From NCBI GenBank assembly GCA_951406725.2, contig OX597827.1, forward strand, positions 45,880,001 to 45,944,000: DNA of 64,000 nt, written 5' to 3'. A model generated the notes under the pieces. The model saw nothing but the letters and a program-made list of their open reading frames with translations, did not search any database and was not told the origin of the DNA. The translations under genes and the position numbers were made by a program. The DNA is from Octopus vulgaris (Eukaryota). Positions 25,482 to 37,700 of this stretch are shown in pieces; positions within the stretch are counted from its first letter, which is position 1; each line of letters begins with the position of its first letter.

Positions 25482-26020
25482 ATGCCCTGATGCAGTACCA
25501 GGCACTGGCACTCATGGCTTCTGATCTTAACTGATTGAAATTTTTATCATGTACATTGTTTTGTCTTGGTATAAAAGATGAGCTACAGCAAATATTCTGC
25601 TTAATACTACAGATTTGCTTGTCAGTTGTTTGACCGTAACCAGTTGAGCATGTCCTTTAGTGCATTTCTGGTCACAAGAAGTAGGGGAGCATCATAGCTA
25701 TGTACTGAGAGGAATTCTCTAGGGCTTGAAGTGTACTCCTTGAGAAACATAAGTGTTTCATTCATCGTCTTTAAACAACTCTTATTCAAGGAACTTTTGA
25801 GTGAGATTGGCTACTCAACCTGAAGAAAATTCTAACTGGGCCCCACCTGCAAGGTCATGTGCTGTTTATCTTGATACAAGTTCACCATGTCGTGCACATA
25901 TGGCTGTGATGGATGTGCCTGGTGTAGTCTTGTCAGATGTGTGGCCATGATGGTTATATTGGGCTTCATATATTTGTACCCCAGTGTCACTTCGATGGCA
26001 TGCACTGCTCTCTCACTCAA
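25482..26020 (+). mobile_element. ~540-bp (TAA)n-associated non-coding retroposon, family C
   Basis: Starts 'atgccctgatgcagtaccagg', ends 'gcactgctctctcactcaataataat'; inverted copy at 42179-42735, 3' fragment at 62979-63165. Confidence 0.85.
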
Positions 26021-27844
26021 TAATAATAATAATAACAATAACAATAATGATTTCTTTTATTGGCCAGAAGGGCCCAAGATATGCAGGACAATATTGAAGG
26101 ATGAATTACAGTACCAATGAGGTTAACATCAATCAAGAGGAAATACTACCATATTAAAGGATATAACAGAGGATACATAATAGAAAGTAGAGAAATAAAT
26201 AATAAATAAATACAATCCCCAATAGTGGGGCAGTCCACTTAGGGTAATCCAGGGTAAACCTCACACAAAAATCCTGGATTACTCTGCCATCCCCAAGGCA
26301 TGGGAAAGTGTCCTCTTCCAATAAGAATAAGTAAAATGAACTCTCCCATTGAAGACAACGTATGAGTGTTCAGCCTTTTTCCGAATGACCTGCACAAGTG
26401 TTCTGTTTATTGCAATCAAATGTTCATGCTGCACATCAGTTCACTCTCTCCTTCAAATCAACATCGCCTGAACAGGTGCACTGTGTACTGCATGTCAGGT
26501 GTTGACGTGATCGCAGAGTGATGTGAGATGAAGTGTTTTGCTCAAGAACACAACACACCACCCGACCAAGACAGGTGTATGGACAACAACCATGTGTATT
26601 AGTTTGACGCTCAGGAAAGTGAGAAAATCTTTTACGTTTTGAGCCTACGCTGTTCAAAAAAATGGTTGGCAAGCAAACTTCTTACCACACAGCCATGCCA
26701 GTAAAAGTATAAACAACAAAAAATCTAATATGGAACCTCAAGGGTCAGGTTGACCCCAGCTGAGAACCATTACCTTCAGATCTTAAGATGTGGACATGGA
26801 AGGAATGATGGCTGCAGGGCTCTGCTCCCCACCCCCAAACACTTAAGTATTTTCCATACACAGTTACCAATAAGTGGATAAGAAGGAGTTAACCTTGAAA
26901 GGGGGATGAGGTTAGAATGATGTGTACTTTTTTTTACAGAGAGGTAAACAGTACTGTGATTTTGTATGTCATATTAGGCACAAGCCCCAGGAAGCCAATA
27001 ACATTTAGACATCACGTTTATCGTCATTGTTGTCATCATTATCAGTGCCGTCATCATCAGCTCATTGGTATCATTGTCCTCATCTACATCATCATTTTGA
27101 TACTAACAGCTGAAACAATAACAAAAAAAAACTACAAAGAACACCACCACCACCACCACCATCCCATCACACAAGCAACTGTCACTTCCCTTTCATCCAT
27201 AAACACCCAGCAAGATATCAAACGGAGGAGGAGAGAATCTTAGATTTCTTGATAATTCCATTTCTGACGTAGGTACAGAGAGAGATAGAATCAGAAAATC
27301 AGTTCAAACAGGCTAAAATTTCAGTGGAAAACTGATTACGTTAACAGTACATTGAGAACACAAACAGTCCGGTTCAAACAGGTACGTGCATATACGCGTG
27401 TGTGTGTGTGTGTGCGTGTGTGCATGTGCGCACGTAAGAATCAACTGTGAGCGTACGTGCATGCATGCATGCACATTTACATATGCTCTTGTGACAGTGA
27501 CAGAGACTTGATTTTTTTTCTTCTGTGTTGTTGTGGCACATTACTTCGGCACCTTTGATATGGGCTGCTTAAGTCTACATAACATTATCCACAATAATTT
27601 TATTTTAAAATAGTTATTACTGTTGTTGTCATTGTTGTTGTTGTCGTTGCTTGCCCTCAGGTCAGTCTTGACAGAGCAGACAAGAAAAAGGCGAAAATCA
27701 ATCAAGCCATGACCAGCCTATCTTCCATCTAATCCAAGCTCATCTAGGACCACATTATCCAGTGTCTCTTCCTTTCCTTAGATGGCAAAATAATCTGAGG
27801 GAAATTTAGTCACTGTTTCTAGCAAGTTGAGTGATACCTAGTTG

Positions 27845-28028
27845 AGTGCTCCACAACCTTTTTCCACTTGCAGTACACTTACATGCTTTTCGAAATTCGG
27901 CTGCACACCTAAACTACAAACATAATTAAAAGTATAGTGAAAAAAAAATATTCAGGTTATACTGCGGCACACCTAGCATCGTCACATGGCACACAAGCGT
28001 GTCGCAGCATACCAGTTGTGGAGCACTG
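27845..28028. mobile_element. hAT-like MITE
   Basis: TIRs 'agtgctccacaac' and 'gttgtggagcact'. Confidence 0.6.
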
Positions 28029-28114
28029 ATGTAGAGCACCATACCTGTAGGTATACATGCTTTTCTATCATTTTCATATGTTTGCCTAAAAATATGTAAA
28101 TCTTATATATTATT

Positions 28115-28574
28115 ACTCTTTACTCTTTTACTTGTTCAGTCATTTGACTGTTGCCATGCTGGAGCACCGACTTTAGTCAAGAAAATCGACCCCAGGACTT
28201 ATTCTTTGTAAGCCTAGTACTTAATCTATTGGTACTTTTGCTGAACCGCTAAGTTACAGGGATGTAAACACACCAGCATCGGTTGTCAAGCGATGTTGGG
28301 GGTGGGGGTGACAAACACAGACACACAAACATATACACACATGTACATATATATATATATATATTATATTTTATTTGTTTGGATGTGTACCGTTGGTGAT
28401 TTTTTTTCCTTTGTCTTCCCTTCTCTGGATCTTTCCTTCTATGTTTCCGACGAAGAGCTCCGCTCGAAACGTTAAACCCTCCTTCTTTCCTGAGCGTCCA
28501 ATAATACTATATTTGTTCCACGTCCTCACGTTGTGTTTTTTTGTGGGTTTTTTTTTGTGCTTTCTTGTTTGGAT

Positions 28575-28613
<39 letters not shown>

Positions 28614-28772
28614 GATGGGCTTCTTTCAGTTTCCGTCTACCAAATCCACTCACAAGGCTTTGGTCGGCCCGAGGCTATAGTAGAAGACACTTGCCCAAGG
28701 TGCCATGCAGTGGGACTGAACCCGGAACCATGTGGTTGGTAAGCAAGCTACTTACCACACAGCCACTATTAC
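28115..28772 (-). mobile_element. Family-B tRNA-derived SINE with a nested ribozyme-bearing element in its internal (TA)n
   Basis: Reverse complement of the consensus at 32401-32800, interrupted at ~28365-28580. Confidence 0.9.
28443..28477 (+). ncRNA. Minimal type I hammerhead-ribozyme motif (U4C core variant)
   Basis: gttt-CCGACGA-a-gagc(tcc)gctc-GAAA-cg-TT-aaac: stem I gttt/aaac, stem II gagc/gctc, palindromic stem III AACGTT, GUU triplet. Confidence 0.75.
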
Positions 28773-28794
28773 GCCTATATATATATTATATACT

Positions 28795-28880
28795 AATGAT
28801 ATATAATATTATATACTACTAACATATATAATATTATATACTACTAACATATATAATATTATATACTACTAACATATATA
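28795..28880. repeat. 25-bp AT-rich minisatellite, ~3.5 copies
   Basis: Unit 'atatactactaacatatataatatt'. Confidence 0.85.
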
Positions 28881-29384
28881 TCAAACAAAGTGGCGAGCTG
28901 GCAGAATCGTTAGCATGCAGACAAAATGCCTAGTAGCGTGCTGCTAGGCATTTCATCTGTTTTTATATTCTAGGTTCAAGTGCCACAACGGCTGATAGAA
29001 TAAGTACCAGTTCAGCACTGGAGTTGATTTAATTGGCTTAGCTCCTTCCTGCAAAATTATTGGCCTTATGCCAAAATTTGAAATCAATAGAGAGATCTTA
29101 TAATTATATAAATCTATACAAATTAAATATATATATATAAATTATGCATTATAAATACAGTTATGTGTGTGTGTATATACATATATATGTACGTGTAAGT
29201 GTATAAAATATGTGTGTGTGTTATATATTAATGTAAGTATATGAGTATAAGTGTGTGTATATGTGCTTGGGTATCTATGTGAATGCATGTGAGAGTATAA
29301 ATGTATGTGTATATGAACACACATCTTACATAAAATGTAACATTAGTATATATGTGTAGGTTGTAATACATTTAATCATTCATA

Positions 29385-30058
29385 GGGCAGCAAAACTGGA
29401 AGAGTTGTTAGCACGCCGGGCGAAATGCTTAGCGGTATTTCGTATGTTTTTATGCTCTGAGTTCAAATTCCGCCAAGGTTGACTTTGCCTTTCATCGTCT
29501 TGGGGGCCGATAAATTAAGTACCAGTTGCATACTGAGGTTGATCTAATTGACTGGCCCACTCCCCCAAAATTTCGGGCCTTGTGTCTAGACTAAAAAAGA
29601 ATTATATTTAAGGTGGTGAGCTGGCAGAAATGTTAGCACACCGGGTGAAATGCTTAGCGCTATTTCATTTGTCTCTACGTTCTGAGTTCAAATTCCGCCG
29701 AGGTCGACTTCACCTTTCATCCTCTTGGGGTCAATAAGTTAAGTACCAGTTGTGTACTGGGGTTGATCTAATCGACTGGCCCACTTCCAAAAATCTTCAG
29801 GCCTTGTGCCTAGAGTAAAAAAGAATATATTTAATGATTCATAGGGCAGCAAGCTGGCAGAATCATTAGCATGTGGGGCAAAATGTTTAGTGGCATTTCG
29901 TCCGTCTTTATGTTCTGAATTCAAATTCCAGTGAGGTTGACTTTGCCCTTCATCCTTTTGGGTGGATGGGTGGGTGGAGTGAGTGTATAAAATAAGTACC
30001 AGTTAAGCACTGGGGTCGATGTAATCAACTTCCATGAAATTGCTGGCTTAATTTGAAA
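29385..30058 (+). mobile_element. Three tandem family-A SINEs
   Basis: Heads at ~29385, ~29611, ~29845, each followed by 'gagttcaaattcc...aagtaccagtt'. Confidence 0.9.
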
Positions 30059-30445
30059 CGAATATACTTAGTGATTACACGCGCGCACGCGTGTGTGTGT
30101 GTGCGTCTGCATGTGTGTGTGTGTGTGTGCGTCTGCATGTGCGTGTGTGTCTGTGCATATATGTGTGTGTGCCTGTGCATACATGTATATGTGTGTGTCT
30201 GTGCATATGTGTGTGTGTGTGTATGCCTGTGCATATGTGTGTGTGTGTGTGTGTGTCTGTGGATGTGTGTGTGCATATGTGTGTGTGGTGCTTAGAGTAC
30301 TATACTTGTAGGTAAGCATCATCACTTTTACATGTGTTTTCTTTTTTTCTTTTTTGATTTCCCAATGCTAGCATGATTTTGAGCAAGAGTTTACTGGTAC
30401 CTGTGACCGTTTACTACATAATGATGTACCTGTTGCCAACCTCTT

Positions 30446-30671
30446 TTAACCCTTCAGGACTCAAACCGGCCACATCTGACCCAAATATTCTGGTATTTTG
30501 TCCAAACTGGCCACACCTGGCTACTTACACCTACCCTATATTATTATTCTAAAAGTAAACAATCACATCATTGAAATCTCTAAAGCCATGAGATAATTCA
30601 TGATTAATTCAAAACAATATGAATAAATAAGCATTACATTTGACAGGGTAATCTGAATGCTAAAGGGTTGA
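30446..30671. mobile_element. piggyBac-like MITE
   Basis: 'ttaacccttcag...' to '...gaatgctaaagggttga'; same family, inverted, at 40210-40570. Confidence 0.65.
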
Positions 30672-30811
30672 GGCATCTATAATTCAACTGGTCTTAACAC
30701 ACAACAAAACTGATGAATGACTGGATCTTTTGTGTAAAGCAGATATAATGACTGTCGTTACTTTCACTGACATCGACAATGTGAAGGTATGGGAAACCAC
30801 ACACATATATA

Positions 30812-31722
30812 TCGTCATCATTGTTTAACGTCTGTTTTCCATGCTATCATGGGTTTTACAGTTCGGCTGGGTTTTGGGAAGCCAGGAGGCTGCACCAAGC
30901 CCCAATCTGATCTGGCAGTGTTTCTACAGCTGGATGCCCTTCCTAACACCAACCACTCTGAGAGCGTAGTGGGTGCTTTTTACGTGCCACCAGCACAGGG
31001 GCCAGAGGAGCTGGCATCAATCATGATTGGATGGTGCTTTTTACATACCACCAGCACAGAAGCCAGTCAAAGTGGCACTGGCATCAGCCATGTTCGGATG
31101 GTGCTTTTTACATGCTACCGGCACAGGGCTCACAACTACAATTTCCATTTGATTTGATTTTGATATTGCTGTTGATGTTAATCTACTTGACTCAATAGGT
31201 CTCCTCAAGCATGGCATGTCACCCTACAATCCAAGGTACTTTTGAATAAACTGGTTATGCGACTGGTGTAGGTTACAGTTGTGGACTCACTTTATTTGCC
31301 AGGTCTTTTCAGTTACAGCATACCTCCAGACGTCTCGGTCTTTTGTCATTGCCTCTGTCATTGCCCCAAATTTCATCATGCTTCACCACCTCATCCCATG
31401 TTTTCCTGGGTCTACCTCTACCCCGGATTCCTTCCACTGTTTGGGAGTGGCACTTCTTCCCTATTATGAAGTGGTTGGCATTTGGAAGGGTATCCAGCAG
31501 TAAAAGCCATATCAAAACTGACCTCATTTGTGCTGGTGCCATGTAAAAAGCACTCAGTCCACCCTGTGGGATGATTGGTGTTAGGAAGGGGTATCCAGCC
31601 ATAAAAACCCTGCCAAAACAGACACAGAGGCCTGGTGCAGTCTTCTGCTTGGCCAGCTCTTGTCAAACCATCCAACTTATGCCAGCATAGAAGGTGGACG
31701 TTAAACAATGATGATGATGATG
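30812..31722. mobile_element. Two RTE 3' fragments in opposite orientations
   Basis: 30812-~31460 on minus, including GIRGRGRPRKTWDEVVKHD; ~31470-31722 on plus, ending in a (GAT)n tail. Confidence 0.8.
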
Positions 31723-32241
31723 ACACCAGTTGTCAGGATGTGTTTAATATGCAAATCCAAAGGTCAAAGAACTTTTTTAACCAATTACCCCAAAATATAT
31801 GTATTTATGCCAACGTTACACCCTTGATTTCAAGGGAAGAAAATCATAGATTCTTTGAATTCAAAAGGTTTATTGAATCTGTTTCCACATCCATTACATT
31901 GGACAAAGGCAGTGTTGCCAGAAGAAACATTTCTATCATCACAAAGAACATGATTTTTTTATAAAATTTTATTCATGTCTAATGAGTCCTTATTACCAAG
32001 GATTTCATTTTTATCCCACCTGGGGTAATTTACACCAGTTCACCGACCCCTGTGTAAATTGGTCTATCCAGTTGTGTCACACAGTTAAACTTAGCAGCTA
32101 TTTAAACAATGTGTTTTGTGGATGGTTAATGGATTGGATGTGGTGCTGAGGAAGGAACAAAACCTCCTAGAATATGGCATATACACTCATTACCTATTTC
32201 TCCATCTTCTACTGCATTGTCTACAAAGGCGTATTCGTGCA

Positions 32242-32341
32242 CTTCACGTATGAAGCTCTGATGAAGCTATAAAGTGATACTTAGGCATTCAACTACAAGT
32301 GCATTGCATCTTATAGCAGAAACAGCTGTAAGCTAATGAAG
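32242..32341 (+). ncRNA. Type I hammerhead-ribozyme motif with a canonical core
   Basis: agct-CTGATGA-a-gctataa...ttatagc-a-GAAA-cagctg-TA-agct; stem I may extend via cttca(32242)/tgaag(32337); palindromic stem III; GUA triplet. Confidence 0.8.
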
Positions 32342-32400
32342 GTCATAAGATAATCATGTATTCCTTTGTCATCTCAGTTTCTTATTACCATTCTATACTC

Positions 32401-32800
32401 GTAGGAGTGGCTGTGTGGTAAGTAGTTTGCTTACCAACCACATGGTTCCGGGTTCAGTCCCACTACGTGGCACCTTGGGCAAATGTCTTCTACTATAGCC
32501 TCAGGCCGACCAAAGCTTTGTGAGTGGATTTGGTAGACGGAAACTGAAAGAAGCCCATCATATGTATGTGTGTGTGTGTGTGTGCGTGTTTGTGTGTCTC
32601 TGTTTGTCCCCCCAACATTGCTTGACAACCGATGCTGGTGTGTTTATGTCCCTGTAACTTAGCGGCTCAGCGAAAGAGACCGATAGAATAAGTACTAGGC
32701 TTACAAAGAATAAGTCCTGGGGTCGATGTGCTTGACCAAAGGCAGTGCTCCAGCATGGCCACAGTCAAATGACTGAAACAAGTAAAAGAGTAAAGAGAGA
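32401..32800 (+). mobile_element. Full-length family-B tRNA-derived SINE
   Basis: A box 'tggctgtgtgg', B box 'gggttcagtccc', 'ccttgggcaa' CORE-like block, internal (TG)n, tail 'gactgaaacaagtaaaagagtaaagag'. Confidence 0.9.
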
Positions 32801-33314
32801 CTGAAACTTCGTTCTGAAGCATCAGTATATATTTAGTTCTACACCAGGTTTTTAGTTTCACAATGCCCAAGCAATATATATGTATATATGTATATATACA
32901 TGGACACGTACACAAATGTATAAATTTTGGATTCAACAACTTTGCAACTTTTAAATGAATCTAAAGGTTGACAACAGACCATTCACAGATGTCGGCACTC
33001 AATACTAACAGAACAGTCAAATTGTAAAATTAATTTTAACAGAGTTTCAGTTTTACTTGATAGCTTATTCCACCATTAATGATAATTTTCTTTTATTATG
33101 TTTTTATGAAGGAAATTGGAACAATTCATTTAAAAAATGGTGGAGGTGGAGGGACCCGGGTTACAGGAAAATTCTGTGAGAGAAAAAGAGGAAGAGAATA
33201 TTTTATTAGTTTGAAGCAGAGGATAAAATTCTGAGAAATATGTTCAGAGTTTGGTGACAGGAAGGTGGTTGATTATATAAATTCAACACACACACACACA
33301 CAAAAATATATAGA

Positions 33315-34090
33315 TATAAATATATGTTCACTACTTTGACTTTCTTTAATATTCCTCACTTTCCTCTTGACCTTAATGAGAATACAATACAAAACCACTC
33401 TAGTAATTTCCCAATTCAACTGACCATTCTTCACATTCGACCCCTTCCCTTGCCCACCCACTTTTCTATTACTAACCTTCAAATTTATTCCTCAAAATTT
33501 TCATCTTGGCACCAAGATAATAAAACTACACCATTTTTCTCCCTCTTCTAGGTTTTGGCTCACTATTGTAAATAACAACCTTCACACTCAATTTTAAAAT
33601 GAAGCTATTTCTTTTTTTTTTTTTTTTTGGCTTTTTACAAACTTTACGAAAGAAAATTATCACTACTGGTTGAACAAGCTGCCAGGTAAATCTGAAAACC
33701 CAGTCAAAACCAATTTTGACTTGGTCTTCAAATTTCACTTAGTGGTTTATTCAAATAGGAGGGATAATTTTCTTTTGTAAAGTTCTGTAAAAAGAAAAAT
33801 AGAAAGCTTTCATTTCGAGAAAAGAACGTTAAGGTTGTTATTTACAATTGTGAGAAGAATTCTGTAAGCAGGAGAAAAATAATGTATTTTCATTATTTTG
33901 GCACAAAAGCTAAAATTCTAAGAAATAAAGTGGAAGGTTAATAATGTGATAGTGGGTGGGTAATGAAGAAACTTGAATGTGAGGGATGGTCATTTGAATC
34001 GGGGGATTGCTTGAGTGGTTTTCTATTGATATTCTGGAAGTCAAAAAGAAATTAAAGAATGGTATAGAAGATAAAATTAGCAAATATATG

Positions 34091-34100
<10 letters not shown>
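33315..34100. repeat. ~780-bp degenerate fold-back (long inverted repeat)
   Basis: Centre 'agtcaaaa cca attttgact' at ~33711; arms align in antisense throughout (e.g. 'aaaaccactc' 33391 vs 'gagtggtttt' 34013); ORFs 33324+ and 33910- give similar translations. Confidence 0.85.
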
Positions 34101-34130
<30 letters not shown>

Positions 34131-34134
<4 letters not shown>

Positions 34135-35797
34135 CAATGCAACCCAGCGTTGCCTGGGTGTTATGACCTACAGCCAGATTGTATTATATATATATATATA
34201 TATGTATATTCAATTTTCAAGTTCAACGTACACAACGCACACCAACATTGCCCAGGTCGTTGATAACAATATCACTGCGACCAACTGGTATTGCAGCACG
34301 TCTCTGGTGAGGAAAAATTGGTTTGAAATTGTACCAGTCAATGAATGTTGTGTGCATCCCAACCAATGAAGGAAGGAACATGCACTGCGGACAGACTCAT
34401 GTATGTATGTGTCCCTAATTTACCCTTGCATTTGAGGAGACCTATTGAGTCAAGTATATCAACATCAAAATAAATATCAAATGGAAATTGTAGTTGTGAT
34501 ACCTGTGCTGGTGGCACATGAAAAGCACCAGCCAAACATGGCTGATGGCAGCGCCACCTTGACTGGCTTCCGTGCAGGTGGCACATAAACCGATTGTGGT
34601 CACTGCCAGCTTCCCCTGGCATCTGTGCCGGTGGCACGTAAAAAGCATATATTACACTCACAGAGTGGTTGGCATTAGAAAGAGCATCCAGATGTAAAAA
34701 CATTGCTAGATCAGACTGGAGCCTGGTGCAGCCTCCTGGCTTCCCAGACCCCGGTCGAACCATCCAACCCATGCTAGCAGAGGTTAAACAGAGGTTAAAC
34801 GATGATGATGATAATGATAGAGGCACGGTGTTATTGTTATCTTCACTGAGGTTATCAGGTTAGACATTTGTTTTCCATTGCACCATCTGTGTTATAGTAC
34901 GTGCTCAACCACTGTGAAAAATAGGGTGATTGTAGCAAAATCTTTATGAACTTAGCGGCTTATCGATTGAATAATAGGCATGAATATATACTAATAACAA
35001 TAAGCAACTTTGCATAAATTGAGGTGAATAAAGAGAAAAATGTTTAAGGCAAAAAAGCTCGAAAAGTTTTAGTTATTGCTGCATGTCTTTACCACACTTG
35101 AGTGAATATAGGCTCTTGCTGTGCTTAATCCTTGGGGAAATTTTATTGAATTTAAACCTGAGGACACCCATTTGGCATTCCCGTGTCATTTGCTACGAAG
35201 AAAATCTACATGGACAAATTGGTTTTGGTAGTAATATTATAAGTGTTCACAATTATGCCAGAAAGATGGTTCATTAGTAAATTTTCTGTTGAAAGATAGG
35301 GCTTTGTGCAAAGAAATGGTATGACAATACTTCAAAGACACTGTTTAATCACGGAATACTGAAGATGTTCACATTGGCAGTTTAGTTATGGCACAAAGGC
35401 CATTATTGACGGAAATATGCCAATAATTGTTAAAAAAAAGCATGTTTTTTGTCATTTTCCATTGACAAATAGGACTGTGTGCATCACAAATGCATACATA
35501 ACACTCCTTGTACATTGCTGCATTTTTTGACACCAAAAACATTAAAATTGGCAATGTAGATTAGAAGCAAATCCAAATATTACCCCCAAATTACCTCAAA
35601 ACTGTGCAACCAAACCTCATTTTTAAGGTTATTTTTCTAGTAAAAAAGAGTTATGCAAAAAACACTCCATTTGATAGCCAAAAGATTACTGAATCTTTTG
35701 ATACCACATACATCAAAATTGGCAGCTCAGTTTTTGAATCCATAAGGAACATACACACCACACACACACACAAACACTGTTTTATATATATAGAAGA
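34131..35797. mobile_element. Possible Helentron-type non-autonomous element interrupted by an RTE 3' fragment (34420-34812)
   Basis: 5' hairpin 'acccagcgttgcctgggt' and 3' end 'caaaattggcagctcagtttttgaatccataaggaacatacac(ac)n...ttttatatatatag' resemble HINE termini; boundaries uncertain. Confidence 0.4.
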
Positions 35798-36474
35798 TAT
35801 ATATCATTTTATTCTTTTACTTGTTTCAGTCATTTGACTGTGGCCACGCTGGAGCACTGCCTATGCAGCTATATGATGTGTGTATGTACAGATGTGTGCG
35901 TGTGTGTGATCATCATCTTTACATTTATCTTTCTATGCTGACTTGAATTTGCCAAAAGTTGTTGAGGCAGATTTTCTATATCTGAATGCTCTTCCTGTTC
36001 CCAACTTTATTTTGTTTTCCAAGTAAGGTATTTTCATTTTACTGGTCTCATACATGGAAACCAATAATGCCATTCAATCTTACTGAAGAAACACAAACAA
36101 TGACATCCTTTTTATTTAATTGGTATTAATGAAGACATCTTTTATCTTTTACTCGTTTCAGTCATTGGACTGCAGCCATGCTGGGACATCACCTTGAAGG
36201 TTTTAGTTTAACAAATTGACCCCAATACTTAATTTTTCTGAACCTGATACTTATTTTATTGGTTTCTTTTTCTTCATTTCAATTCATATCTGTAGTGAGT
36301 TAACTTGGGAATTCCAAGTGTCAATGTAACCTTCATGTAATTAAAGTATTCTCAGCCTAAGAAATAACTAAGTTGAGTACCCCACATTGTGTTATTACTA
36401 CATCAGAGGATTGGCTAGCTAAGAAACAAATGTAGCCTGGGTTTTATCCATTCTCCTCGCTCAATTTGGATCTT

Positions 36475-37308
36475 TACTCTTTTACTTGTTTCAGTCATTT
36501 GACTGTGGCTATGCTGGAGCACCGCCTTTACTCAAGCAAATCGACCCCAGGACTTATTCTTTGTAAGCCTAATACTTATTCTATCGGTCTCTTTTGCTGA
36601 ACCGCTAAGTTACGGGGATGTAAACACACCAGATTTGGTTGTCAAGTGATGTTGGAGGAACAAACACATACACACAAACATATACACACACACATACATA
36701 TATATATACATATACGACGAGCTTCTTTCAGTTTCCATCTACCAAATCCACTCACAAGGCTTTGGTCAGCTGAGGCTATAGTAGAAGACACTTGCCCAAG
36801 GTGCCATGCAGTGGGACTGAACCCGGAACCATGTGGTTCGTAAGCAAGCTACTTACCACACAGTCACTCTTATGCCTATTTACATTCATAACAACTCTAG
36901 TTGTTAACAATGAGCTATACAGAAACTTTCAGCTTATCGAATTCCCTTGTAACTTCAATGCGGGAGAAAAGTGTGTAACCTTCAATATCAATAAATTGCT
37001 ATTGTTCCTGACCATACAATGTCCACTTTTTGTTGTCTATACCTGCCACTGACTGCTTGAAGCTTACAAACTTCCTACACTTAGATCCCTGGTTCTTATT
37101 CTTAAACATCAATATTCTTTTATTCTTTTAATTGTTTCCGTCATTTGACTATGGCCATGCTGGAGCACCGCCTTTAATTGAACAAACTGACCCCAGGACT
37201 TATTCTGTGTAAGCCTAGTACTTATCCTATCAGTCTCTTTTGCCAAACTGCTAAGTTACGGGGACATAAACACACCAACAGCGGTTGTCAAGCAATGGTG
37301 GAGGGACA

Positions 37309-37354
<46 letters not shown>

Positions 37355-37521
37355 ACAGGCTTCTTTCAGTTTCCGGCAACCAAATCCACTTACAAGGTTT
37401 TGGCCAGCCCAAGGTTATAGTAGAAGACACTTGCTCAAGGTGCCATGCAGTGGGACTGAACGTGGAACAATGTGGTTGGTAAGCAAGCTACTTACCATAC
37501 AGCCTCACCTGCACCTATAAT

Positions 37522-37557
<36 letters not shown>

Positions 37558-37700
37558 ACAGGCTTCTTTCAGTTTCCACCACCCAAATCCATTCACAAGG
37601 CTTTGGTTGACCTAAGGCTCAAGGTGTCATGCAGTGGGACTAAACCTGAATCTATGTGGTTGGGAGGTGAACTTCTTAACCACATAGTCATACCTGTGCC
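36475..37700 (-). mobile_element. Family-B SINE copies (36475-36870, 37118-37515, partial 37555-37700)
   Basis: Reverse-complement matches to 32401-32800. Confidence 0.9.
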
